DNA of 64,000 nucleotides from Spirochaetota bacterium (GTDB lineage Bacteria; Spirochaetota; UBA4802; UB4802): the NCBI GenBank assembly GCA_026414805.1, contig JAOAIH010000002.1, positions 7,156 through 71,155 of the forward strand, in the 5' to 3' direction. The notes beneath the pieces were generated by a model. The model was not told where the DNA came from. It worked only from the letters and a program-made list of their open reading frames with translations, and made no database searches. The position numbers and the translations under genes were made by a program. Positions within the stretch are counted from its first letter, which is position 1, and every line of letters starts with the position of its first letter. This document shows, piece by piece, positions 1-8,709 of this stretch.

Positions 1-131
1 TAATATCTATCAGCATTATCAAGCTTTCCTAAATCCTGAAGTTTTTGAATCAACTCTTTAATTACTAATTGTTTTTCATTGCTTTTAACTGTAATTACAT
101 GTTCCTTTGGTAATAATTCTGATAGATCCAT
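1..131 (-). CDS. PTS EIIA type-2 (PtsN/fructose-IIA-like) protein, N-terminal fragment; gene continues past window start
   Basis: Reverse-complement translation from ATG at 131..129 gives MDLSELLPKEHVITVKSNEKQLVIKELIQKLQDLGKLDNADRY, a typical N-terminus of PTS EIIA(Ntr)-type proteins. Truncated by the window edge. Confidence 0.45.
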   Translation of the reverse strand, partial: MDLSELLPKEHVITVKSNEKQLVIKELIQKLQDLGKLDNADRY

Positions 132-280
132 TTTTTTATATGCTCCTTATAGTTTATAATTTATTTTTGGTATGATTAATTTTATCCACTAATGAAAGAT
201 ATAGTAACATTTTACCATAAATAATTTTTAAAACCAAAATCAAGAATATAAATTCAAAAAAAATTTATACACAAGAGTTG

Positions 281-1570
281 CTATTGTAATATTTTGCAAA
301 TATCTTTGACAAAGCTGTATAATCTGAATGTTCCAGTACATATTATGATGCTGTTGCTTTCAATAATTTTCTTTATCCCATTGTAAAGTAATGATGGACT
401 ATCGTATACGTACAGTGAAAATTGTTGTGATGTTTCATTATCGGGAATGTAACAGCGATTATCGGGTAGCGTAAAATAAAAAATTGGATGTGAGGTGTAT
501 TGACGCAATATAGTCAGCATTGAGTGAATGTCCTTGTCTTTCATAAAGCTAACACAAAAAGTCATATTATGATTTGGGTACCTGTGGTGTATATTTTTTA
601 TTGTGGTATCTAACGCTTGGGGGTTATGTGCACAGTCAAATAATACTACAGGGTTATCGCACAGCAATTCACACCTACCAGGAATGTACAGTGATGACAT
701 GGCGTGATATATATTCTCAGGAGCTATCGCCCACCCATATTTTTTTAAAAGTAAAGTTGTGGCGATAGCAACCGATGCATTTTGTGCCTGAAAGTCTCCA
801 GTTAAAGAACAGTGAATATCATTAAATTTTTGATTATCTCCAAAAATTGGATGATTACAGGCAACATCGAAAATAAGGGGAGTGGTAGATTTTATTGAAT
901 ACGATATTTCATTGCCAACAAAATATATTTTGGTCTGCTTACGTGATGCTTCTTTGTTTAAGACATTCATGGCTTCTTGTTTTTGTGGTGCACTAATTGC
1001 TGGTATACCATTTTTTATAATACCAGCTTTTTGATACGCAATCTGTTCAAGCGTTGTACCTAATATTGCCATGTGGTCATAGGATATTGGAGTAATGACA
1101 CTTGCCAGTGGCATAATAACGTTTGTTGAATCAAGTCTGCCACCCAACCCGGTTTCAATCACCGCTATATCAACTGAATTATTGAAGTAGAGTAAAGCAA
1201 TAATAGTAAAAGCATCAAAGAATGTTGGATTGTACTTGTGATTTTTACAAAGTGTTTCCACTATATCGGAGTAATGTGAAATTTCTTCATTAGTAATTTC
1301 CCTGCCATTAATGGTGATGCGTTCATTATATCTTATAAGATGTGGTGATGTATACAGGCCAACAGTATATCCTGCCGTTTGAAGAATTTTTGCTATCATG
1401 TATGTTGTGGAACCTTTGCCGTTTGTGCCTGCTACATGTATGCATTGTAATTTTTTATGGGGGTTGCCTAAATGTTTTAATATGGCAGTAATTGTATCAG
1501 GAGTGTAATTGGTGAAATGCGTTGTACTGGATTCATTATTTGATAATGATTGTAAAAACTGAGTAAGCAT
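281..1570 (-). CDS. folC: folylpolyglutamate synthase / dihydrofolate synthase
   Basis: 429-aa ORF with the Mur-ligase P-loop 'HVAGTNGKGSTT' and an FolC-like C-terminal domain. Lies 4 bp from aroE on the same strand. Confidence 0.9.
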   Translation of the reverse strand: MLTQFLQSLSNNESSTTHFTNYTPDTITAILKHLGNPHKKLQCIHVAGTNGKGSTTYMIAKILQTAGYTVGLYTSPHLIRYNERITINGREITNEEISHYSDIVETLCKNHKYNPTFFDAFTIIALLYFNNSVDIAVIETGLGGRLDSTNVIMPLASVITPISYDHMAILGTTLEQIAYQKAGIIKNGIPAISAPQKQEAMNVLNKEASRKQTKIYFVGNEISYSIKSTTPLIFDVACNHPIFGDNQKFNDIHCSLTGDFQAQNASVAIATTLLLKKYGWAIAPENIYHAMSSLYIPGRCELLCDNPVVLFDCAHNPQALDTTIKNIHHRYPNHNMTFCVSFMKDKDIHSMLTILRQYTSHPIFYFTLPDNRCYIPDNETSQQFSLYVYDSPSLLYNGIKKIIESNSIIICTGTFRLYSFVKDICKILQ

Positions 1571-1573
1571 AAT

Positions 1574-2413
1574 TTATTGCAACGCATTAATTAATGCTTT
1601 ATGCATAACCTCAACAGGTGCGGTTTTGCCAGTCCAGATTTCAAATTGTTTGCATGCTTGATGTAAAAGCATATAATCACCGGTAATGGTGGTACATCCT
1701 TTTTCTTTTGCTTTTGTTATAAATAATGTATGTAATGGCGCATAGATAATGTCTACAATAACATGATGCTGATGGATTAATTGTATATCGATTGGAGTAT
1801 TGTTGACATCAGGCTTCATGCCAACAGGTGTTGTATTTATTACAATATCATATTTTGATGTAATATCAGGATTCAGTTCATTAATTAAAATATCATGTAT
1901 TGTGTTAAAATATTTTCGTAAATCATCTGCTAACATTTTTACATTATTTTTATTGCGTCCACAAATAGTTATCTGTGCATTTTTTTCAGCTAAAGTATAG
2001 GCGATAGCTCTTGCAGATCCACCATTACCAATAATTAAAACATATTTGTTATGATATTCCACTCCATTAGTTTCAAGAGCGCGAATTAATCCATAGCCAT
2101 CGGTATTGTATCCTTTTATTATTCCATTATCATTTACAAGTGTGTTGACTGAACCAATCTTCATTGCCAATGGATCTACTTGATCACAAAGTGGCACTAT
2201 ATCAACTTTAAAAGGGATCGTCACACTTGCGCCTTTGATCCCTAATGCTTTTATGGCATCAATAGCATTATGAGCTTTGACTGGTTCAAAGGCTACATAC
2301 ACTGCATTGGTTTGCGTATAGTTAAAGGCAGCATTATGCATAACAGGTGAAAGCGAATGTTGCACAGGGTTGCCTATAATACAGTATACACTTGTATGTG
2401 CATTTATCATCAT
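1574..2413 (-). CDS. aroE: shikimate 5-dehydrogenase
   Basis: 279-aa ORF with the substrate-binding 'SLSPVMHNAAF' and 'NTDGYG' motifs and the Rossmann 'GNGGSARA' motif characteristic of AroE. Confidence 0.9.
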   Translation of the reverse strand: MMINAHTSVYCIIGNPVQHSLSPVMHNAAFNYTQTNAVYVAFEPVKAHNAIDAIKALGIKGASVTIPFKVDIVPLCDQVDPLAMKIGSVNTLVNDNGIIKGYNTDGYGLIRALETNGVEYHNKYVLIIGNGGSARAIAYTLAEKNAQITICGRNKNNVKMLADDLRKYFNTIHDILINELNPDITSKYDIVINTTPVGMKPDVNNTPIDIQLIHQHHVIVDIIYAPLHTLFITKAKEKGCTTITGDYMLLHQACKQFEIWTGKTAPVEVMHKALINALQ

Positions 2414-2772
2414 CGTGATTTTCGTTCTATAAATTCTGTTGTAAAATCTGTTTGTTCAACTACAATAAAGTAGCCATTTACGTCAACTTTAAATCCATTA
2501 TGATATTGAGTTACAAATATTGCCTCATTGGGGTTGAGGATATGTATTTCTTCTTGCCCCTCAACCATTAATAATAATCCGCATGGGGCGTTGCAGCATA
2601 TAAAAAGCTCTGGGCATGAATGTTTTTCAAGCACATCTATATCATCTGGATTGGAAAATTCAGGGTGATAAATACCAACTCGCCATTTTTTATCATCCTG
2701 TGCTATAATAGTCCAGCGGTTAGTTGTTTGTAAAGAAAAAGGTTTATCATTTATAGCGTTAGTGTGATCCAT
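2410..2772 (-). CDS. small cupin-like hypothetical protein
   Basis: 120-aa ORF overlapping aroE by 4 bp (ATGA coupling). Predicted beta-rich with no diagnostic catalytic motif. Confidence 0.5.
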   Translation of the reverse strand: MDHTNAINDKPFSLQTTNRWTIIAQDDKKWRVGIYHPEFSNPDDIDVLEKHSCPELFICCNAPCGLLLMVEGQEEIHILNPNEAIFVTQYHNGFKVDVNGYFIVVEQTDFTTEFIERKSR

Positions 2773-3021
2773 GCTAATAGCTTTTATTCAAATGAAATTG
2801 TTAAAACAAATACTACCTTGTTTGCTTAATATTGTGATGCATACCGCAGATTGTTTGTTAAATCAAAATATTTACGTATATGAAATAAAGCATTATTCAA
2901 TATATTATATTGTCAACTGTATGTACACCATGATAGTAAAAACAAGTAATTTTTGATATTTTATACAAAAACAATACTTATTACAAAATATCCTTGAAAA
3001 ATATATTAATATTATGAAACT

Positions 3022-3051
3022 TTGAACAATATTTATCATAAAAAATAATAT
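3022..3051 (+). promoter_or_regulatory. putative sigma70-type promoter for thiDN (TTGAAC-N18-TAATAT)
   Basis: TTGAAC at 3022..3027, an 18-nt spacer, then TAATAT at 3046..3051, about 23 nt upstream of the thiDN ATG. No TPP riboswitch core was seen in the leader. Confidence 0.3.
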
Positions 3052-3074
3052 TGTACGCGTGGGCTGGATAACAA

Positions 3075-4385
3075 ATGCAAACAACTTCTATTATCCGTAA
3101 TGTATTGACTATTGCTGGATCGGATTCCGGTGGTGGGGCAGGCATCCAGGCTGATTTAAAAACAATAACAGCGCTTGGCTGCTTTGGCATGACGGTAATT
3201 ACTGCAATTACCGCGCAGAATACATTAGGTGTTGTTGACTATATGCCGGTAACTCTTGATATGATTGAAAAGCAGTTTGATGCAGTGGCATCTGATATAC
3301 CTATTCATGCAGCTAAAACGGGTATGCTTGCAAATCCAGATATTGTGAAGTTAGTTGCCGAAAAGATAAAAAAATATTCTATTGATTACTGTGTTGTTGA
3401 TCCAGTAATGGTTGCAAAAGGCGGATCAAAATTATTATCCGATGATGCTGTACAATCAGTGATGCAATATCTTATACCGGTTGCGTATGTTGTAACACCA
3501 AATATATATGAAGCCGAAGTGCTAACCGGTATCACTATAAAAAATTGTGAAGATATGAAAATTGCTGCAAAAAAGATACATTCATACGGTGCACGATATG
3601 TTGTTGTAAAAGGTGGACATTTAGAAAGCGACCCCAGTGATGTAATATATGATGGAAAAGATTTCACGATATTAAAAAATAAACGTATTCAGACAAAAAA
3701 TACACATGGTACAGGATGCACTTTTTCTTCAGCAATTGCCACATATCTAGCTAAAGGTTATAAGACGATAGAAGCAATTACTAAAGCCAAGGAGTTTATT
3801 ACCAGAGCAATTACTTTTTCACTGCCCCTTGGGAAAGGGCATGGCCCAACCAATCATCTTGTTAGGATAGTAAATAATGAAGAAAAATTTATTGTAATTG
3901 AGGAACTAAACAAAGCTTTTTCAATCCTTCAAACCGCAAAATGTGGCAATATGTTTATCAGTGGATCTTCGAATATTGCATTCACATTACCCTATGTTAT
4001 AGATAATAATGACATTGCGATGTTTCCCGGGGGCATCATAACATATAATGATTCAATTTTCAGGATAAAGGATCCTTCATTTGGTGTGACTCATTCACTG
4101 GCAGTAACAATGGCAACGATTGCTATGATGAGCTATCGCGCAGCTATAACTATAAAAAATGAAAAAGAATATAAAGCGATTGCTCAGGCAATTGGTTTTG
4201 CGGTATATACTGCTAACAACTCTAATGATTTACAAAAGATTAATATTTCTACAAATAATAGTATAATGCTTATCGAAAATAAGGATGAAAATATGCTATA
4301 TATTATTGGCAACAGTCCCTGTGATATTGCTGAAACCATATTGAAAATAAAAGCAGGTTTAAAAACCAATGAAAATTACTCATAA
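3075..4385 (+). CDS. thiDN: bifunctional hydroxymethylpyrimidine/phosphomethylpyrimidine kinase (ThiD) fused to a ThiN-type thiamine-phosphate synthase domain
   Basis: The N-terminal ~265 aa is a PfkB-fold ThiD ('[20 protein letters not shown]', 'GGH'). The C-terminal ~170 aa extension is consistent with the archaeal-type ThiN domain, matching the known ThiD-ThiN fusion architecture. No thiE is in the window. Confidence 0.8.
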   Translation: MQTTSIIRNVLTIAGSDSGGGAGIQADLKTITALGCFGMTVITAITAQNTLGVVDYMPVTLDMIEKQFDAVASDIPIHAAKTGMLANPDIVKLVAEKIKKYSIDYCVVDPVMVAKGGSKLLSDDAVQSVMQYLIPVAYVVTPNIYEAEVLTGITIKNCEDMKIAAKKIHSYGARYVVVKGGHLESDPSDVIYDGKDFTILKNKRIQTKNTHGTGCTFSSAIATYLAKGYKTIEAITKAKEFITRAITFSLPLGKGHGPTNHLVRIVNNEEKFIVIEELNKAFSILQTAKCGNMFISGSSNIAFTLPYVIDNNDIAMFPGGIITYNDSIFRIKDPSFGVTHSLAVTMATIAMMSYRAAITIKNEKEYKAIAQAIGFAVYTANNSNDLQKINISTNNSIMLIENKDENMLYIIGNSPCDIAETILKIKAGLKTNENYS

Positions 4386-5187
4386 AGAGCTGTTTGATTA
4401 TCTTGAAAAACAATTTCCGCTTCAATTTCAGGAAGATTATGATAATTCAGGGAAACAGATTTCATTTGAAAACGAAACTGTAAATGGCATTCTCATCTCT
4501 ATGGATGTATCCCCGGCAATTATTAGTGAAGCAATTGAACACAATTGTAATTGCATTATTACACATCATCCAATGTTATTTAAACCTGTAAAACACATTT
4601 GTGATTATGATTGTATTGGTGAGATGATTATCTCATGTATTAAAAATACTATTAGTGTGTATGCTGCACATACCAATGCAGATGCTGTATGCTGGGATTT
4701 ACTTGCAAAATCATTAGAGCTTCACAATATTGAATTGATGTTTGCTGATAGGAGGTTTAATAATATAGGATATGGTGCAATAGGGGAATATTCCAACTAT
4801 ATGCAGTTGACAGATGTAGTGTACCACACATCCCAATGTTTGAGAACAAAGCCAATAATTTATTATGGTAATCCAACAAAAAAAATAAAAAGAGTTGCTG
4901 CATTGCAAGGAGCCGGTTCAAGAAAGATTAACACCATCATAGCTAATTTTTCCGTTGATTGTATAATTACGGGAGATGTTGGCTATCATGATGCAGTATT
5001 TGCAAATAATAATGGTGTAGCAATTATTGATACGGGACATTATGCCTCTGAAAAACCATTGATAGATTTTTTATATTCAATACTTCACAACTACTTGACA
5101 AATGAAGTCAACTGTAACGATATACCTTTAATGATTTCCCAAAAAGAATATAATCCTATGCAATGTGGTAAGGAATATGGGCCCTGA
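4369..5187 (+). CDS. Nif3-family dinuclear metal centre protein (YqfO/YbgI-like)
   Basis: 272-aa ORF with an N-terminus of the conserved type for the NIF3/GTP cyclohydrolase I type 2 family. Overlaps thiDN by 17 bp. Confidence 0.8.
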   Translation: MKITHKELFDYLEKQFPLQFQEDYDNSGKQISFENETVNGILISMDVSPAIISEAIEHNCNCIITHHPMLFKPVKHICDYDCIGEMIISCIKNTISVYAAHTNADAVCWDLLAKSLELHNIELMFADRRFNNIGYGAIGEYSNYMQLTDVVYHTSQCLRTKPIIYYGNPTKKIKRVAALQGAGSRKINTIIANFSVDCIITGDVGYHDAVFANNNGVAIIDTGHYASEKPLIDFLYSILHNYLTNEVNCNDIPLMISQKEYNPMQCGKEYGP

Positions 5188-5197
5188 GATTTATACA

Positions 5198-5875
5198 ATG
5201 CTGGAATTACAATCGATATGGGATAAAGTCCTTGCAGCAAAACATGAAATTTCAAGATCCCGCCATGCAATTGATTTCTGGCGTAATGAGATGAAAGCAA
5301 TGGAAGCCCAAATGTCGGAACTCCGTTCAAGGGTAAACCAATTGAAAAGCAATATAAAACAAAAGGAACTTGAACTTCATGATGTGGAGTCTAGGATCCA
5401 ATTTCTTGACAGCAAGAAACACAGTTTAAAATCACAGCGTGAATTTGACTCAATGCTGCAGGAATTAGATACTCTTAATAAAAGAAAAGATGAAATAGAA
5501 AGCAGTATGTTGCAATATATGGAAGATGCTGATGAAATTGAGGGTCAAATCGATACATTGCAGGTTGAAATGCCAAAGAAATTAAACCAGATAGAAAAAG
5601 ACGTGGAACAATTACAGAAAAAACTTGAAGCATTGCAAACGCAGGCTGAAGAAAATGCAGCACAATTTGACAAACAAGTAGTGCAACTGCCACCAGAAAT
5701 AAGAGCTCGTTTTATCAAGATTATAGAAACTAAAGGCAATGGCATTGTTCCTCTTGAAAATGGTATATGTATGGGGTGCCATTATCAGGTTCCTGTATAT
5801 GTAAAGGATGAGGTTGCTAAATCAAAAGCTGTAACCTGTACCAATTGTGGTAGATTTTTATATTTGAAAAATTAA
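5198..5875 (+). CDS. coiled-coil protein with C-terminal C4 zinc ribbon (COG1579/DUF164 family)
   Basis: Long heptad-rich coiled coil followed by 'CMGCHYQVP...CTNCGRFLY' (CxxC...CxxC). This is the canonical partner gene downstream of nif3. Start chosen at ATG 5198 (MLELQSIWDKV...); the ORF is open from 5165 (GTG). Confidence 0.75.
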   Translation: MLELQSIWDKVLAAKHEISRSRHAIDFWRNEMKAMEAQMSELRSRVNQLKSNIKQKELELHDVESRIQFLDSKKHSLKSQREFDSMLQELDTLNKRKDEIESSMLQYMEDADEIEGQIDTLQVEMPKKLNQIEKDVEQLQKKLEALQTQAEENAAQFDKQVVQLPPEIRARFIKIIETKGNGIVPLENGICMGCHYQVPVYVKDEVAKSKAVTCTNCGRFLYLKN

Positions 5876-6019
5876 AATAGTAATAATAAAAACAATACAG
5901 TACAGTCATTCAAAATATTTAATACAAAAAATAAAGTGATATGTAGTGAACATTATCCGACAAAAAGCTTTTGAGTTGAGTGATAAATATAAATTTTAAT
6001 TTTCAGGAGAAAGTTACTA

Positions 6020-6700
6020 ATGTTATTGAGTATAGATAGAGTATTACAGCTACTTGCAGAAGGTAAAACCCTGGAAAAAATTGCTGAATTATCTAATATG
6101 GATGTCAGTGAAATACAATCAATTATAGAAGAGGCACGAAAAATTATTCTAGAATATGACAAGCAACGTGCAAAAAGTAAAATTATAGTTAAAAAGAAGA
6201 GCAGCGTAACACAAGAAAAGAATAACATTAATCCACCAGGTGATAATATTTTTGATGGCCTTGAAGTATTGTCAACCATACCAACAGAATCTGTCCTGAC
6301 AATGTATATTGACGGTGCATCAAAAGGAAATCCTGGCCCTGCAGGAATTGGCATCGTTATTTATGATGGTGATGACAGGCTTGTTGGTAAAGTTTCAGCA
6401 TATATAGGGAAAAAAACTAATAATCAGGCAGAATATACTGCGTTATTGCGAGCAATAGAATTAGCACTGTACTTTAAAACAAAAACATTAAAGATACGAA
6501 GCGATTCAGAACTTGTTGTACGTCAGCTTTCTGGTGAATACCAGGTTACTAATACCAATATAAAAAAATTGTACGAAAAAATAATAGATTTAAAAAAACA
6601 AATACCTGTAGTGAAAATAGAACATGTAATGCGTAATTTTAACGAGAAAGCTGACTTTTTAGCTAAAAAAGCTGCTGATAAAAAAGACAAAGTACGGTAA
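6020..6700 (+). CDS. RNase HI-like protein with N-terminal helix-turn-helix-like extension
   Basis: The C-terminal ~140 aa has the RNase H fold signature ('MYIDGASKGNPGPAGIGIVI', 'NNQAEYTALLRAIELA', and a conserved acidic catalytic-residue pattern). The N-terminal ~55 aa ('LLAEGKTLEKIAELSNMDVSEIQSII') resembles a sigma-r4/GerE-type HTH. Confidence 0.7.
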   Translation: MLLSIDRVLQLLAEGKTLEKIAELSNMDVSEIQSIIEEARKIILEYDKQRAKSKIIVKKKSSVTQEKNNINPPGDNIFDGLEVLSTIPTESVLTMYIDGASKGNPGPAGIGIVIYDGDDRLVGKVSAYIGKKTNNQAEYTALLRAIELALYFKTKTLKIRSDSELVVRQLSGEYQVTNTNIKKLYEKIIDLKKQIPVVKIEHVMRNFNEKADFLAKKAADKKDKVR

Positions 6701-6711
6701 AGGTGGAATTT

Positions 6712-8709
6712 GTGTGTACCAGTGCATCTTCACATCTAAAGGAATTATTATTATCTCATTTTAATATTTCGCCATTAGTTGCAGATTTATTATTGCTGAG
6801 GGGTATAGATACCATTTATAATGCGTATGCATTTTTAAATCCCGATCTGTCATTATGTTACAGCCCCTTTTTAATGGATGAGATGGATGAGGCGGTACAA
6901 ATTATTAAACGTGCCATTACTAATAAGAAAAAAATAGGCATTTTTGCCGATTCGGATATTGATGGACTTACATCATTAACATTGTTAACGCATTTGCTGG
7001 ATTTGCTTGGTGCACAATATTTTTACCGCTATCCAGTAGGTGATGAATTATATGGTTTGACGGTACCCATCATTGAAGAATTTAAAAATAATACTGTTGA
7101 TTGTATTGTTACCTTAGACAGCGGTACTCGTGATATTGATGAAATTGCTTATGCAAGGAATTTAGGGATAGATGTGGTAGTATGCGACCATCATGAGCCT
7201 TCGGGAAACCTGCCTGATGCTGTTATAATTAATCCTAAATTGTTGTCATCGCGATACCCATTTAAAGAACTGGCTGGTGTTGGTGTGACATATAAATTAT
7301 GTTTGGCAGTTTTATTAAGTTACACAAAATATTATGATTCACATATTATAATTACTGCATTATCACATAACAATATTGGTTACAGTGTTATTCATAGAGG
7401 GGTGGCGATAGCTCATGATTCAGTCAGCAGTGCTGAAGAGCTGCTAACGTTAGAAAAAAACTATAACAATACCATTATCTTCAATTACGATGTACCAGAA
7501 TTAAACTTTTTGAAGCGTAGTAATTTTTTTACTATCAATGACTTTTTAGATGAGCTATCTCCAAATTGTGAAATTGTTAAAGGGCATGTCAAGGATGTAT
7601 TCCCATCTTCGATGGATTACGCAACAATGCTTGTGTCTAAACTACAATACCAGCAATCAAAAAAAATATTAAAATTTATTCACGATATGCTCCCTCTAGT
7701 AGCAATCGGTACCATTGCTGATATGATGCCAATGGTAGGAGAGAACAGAATTCTTGTAAGTAATGGAATATCATTTTTTGAAAAATCCAACCATTGCGGA
7801 CTTAAAGTAATCAGAGAATATCTTTCAAAAACAATGAATACTGACACAATTGGATGGGATATATCACCTCTACTCAATACCCCGGGAAGGTTTGGCAAAA
7901 CAAAGCTTGCGGCAGATTTTTTACTGGAAAAGAAATCATCAAAGGCAAGGGTGCTTTTAGAAGAAATTGTACAGCTCAATCAGGAAAGGAAAAATATAAT
8001 CCATACTTTAGTTTCAAAATTTTCAAAAAATGAAGCCACTGAAACAAATTCTCTACGGGTTATATGTTCCGAGGAAATTCCTGATGGATTAACAGGTATT
8101 ATTGCAAATAGGCTAGCTGATCAACTGTTACAACCAGTACTGGTCATTTCAGACAAATCAGATTCGCAAATTATCAAAGGTTCAGGAAGATCACGGAACA
8201 ACTTTGACTTTTTTTCTTGTGTTTCACAATTTGAACATCTTTTTGAAAAATTAGGTGGGCACAATCATGCATTTGGATTTTCAATTAAAAAGGATAATAT
8301 CCCCATACTTATAAATGAATTAGATAAAACCATAATGCTCCAAATTGAAGAGAGTAGCATTTCGGACTATGATTACGAGTTGCCTATAGAACAAATAACA
8401 TTTGAACTGTTAGATGAATTAAGGCTCTTTGAACCTCATGGCATTGGGCAAAAATCTTTTATATTTATATCAAAGAATTGTACAGTAAGTCAATTTTTCA
8501 TTATAAATGGAAAACATTGCAAGCTAATCATTAATGGTAGCATCCCATTAGAGGCCATGGCATGGAATGCTGCTGATAAATATAAACGGATTTTAAGCCA
8601 ATATATACCTGTGGATATAGTTTACACTATAAAATTGAATGAATATAATGGGTTGATGTCGCCATTACTAATTATAGAAAATATTACACGATCTCAGCTT
8701 TTAAAGTAA
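6712..8709 (+). CDS. recJ: single-stranded-DNA-specific exonuclease RecJ
   Basis: DHH family motifs are present ('FADSDIDGLTS', 'VVVCDHHEP'), and the RecJ N-terminal 'ISPLVADLLLLRGI' plus DHHA1 and OB regions. Start assigned to GTG 6712, 5 nt downstream of the AAAGGTGG Shine-Dalgarno. The ORF is open from GTG 6703, which immediately follows the RNase H stop. Confidence 0.85.
   Translation: MCTSASSHLKELLLSHFNISPLVADLLLLRGIDTIYNAYAFLNPDLSLCYSPFLMDEMDEAVQIIKRAITNKKKIGIFADSDIDGLTSLTLLTHLLDLLGAQYFYRYPVGDELYGLTVPIIEEFKNNTVDCIVTLDSGTRDIDEIAYARNLGIDVVVCDHHEPSGNLPDAVIINPKLLSSRYPFKELAGVGVTYKLCLAVLLSYTKYYDSHIIITALSHNNIGYSVIHRGVAIAHDSVSSAEELLTLEKNYNNTIIFNYDVPELNFLKRSNFFTINDFLDELSPNCEIVKGHVKDVFPSSMDYATMLVSKLQYQQSKKILKFIHDMLPLVAIGTIADMMPMVGENRILVSNGISFFEKSNHCGLKVIREYLSKTMNTDTIGWDISPLLNTPGRFGKTKLAADFLLEKKSSKARVLLEEIVQLNQERKNIIHTLVSKFSKNEATETNSLRVICSEEIPDGLTGIIANRLADQLLQPVLVISDKSDSQIIKGSGRSRNNFDFFSCVSQFEHLFEKLGGHNHAFGFSIKKDNIPILINELDKTIMLQIEESSISDYDYELPIEQITFELLDELRLFEPHGIGQKSFIFISKNCTVSQFFIINGKHCKLIINGSIPLEAMAWNAADKYKRILSQYIPVDIVYTIKLNEYNGLMSPLLIIENITRSQLLK

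Noticed and set aside
574-768. Numerous 60-160-aa ORFs in the six-frame track lying inside or antisense to strong CDSs (e.g. 574..768, 1800..2000, 3386..3667, 27901..28377, 39275..39595, 58180..58692, 58511..58861)
   Set aside because: Each is fully embedded in a gene with clear family signatures on another frame or strand. Their compositions are low-complexity and typical of AT-rich antisense frames. No Shine-Dalgarno or independent conservation signal.
2773-3074. Possible TPP riboswitch upstream of thiDN
   Set aside because: Scanned for the conserved CUGAGA and ACCUGAUCUGGAUAAUGC cores; neither is present. The region looks like a plain AT-rich promoter with a short leader.
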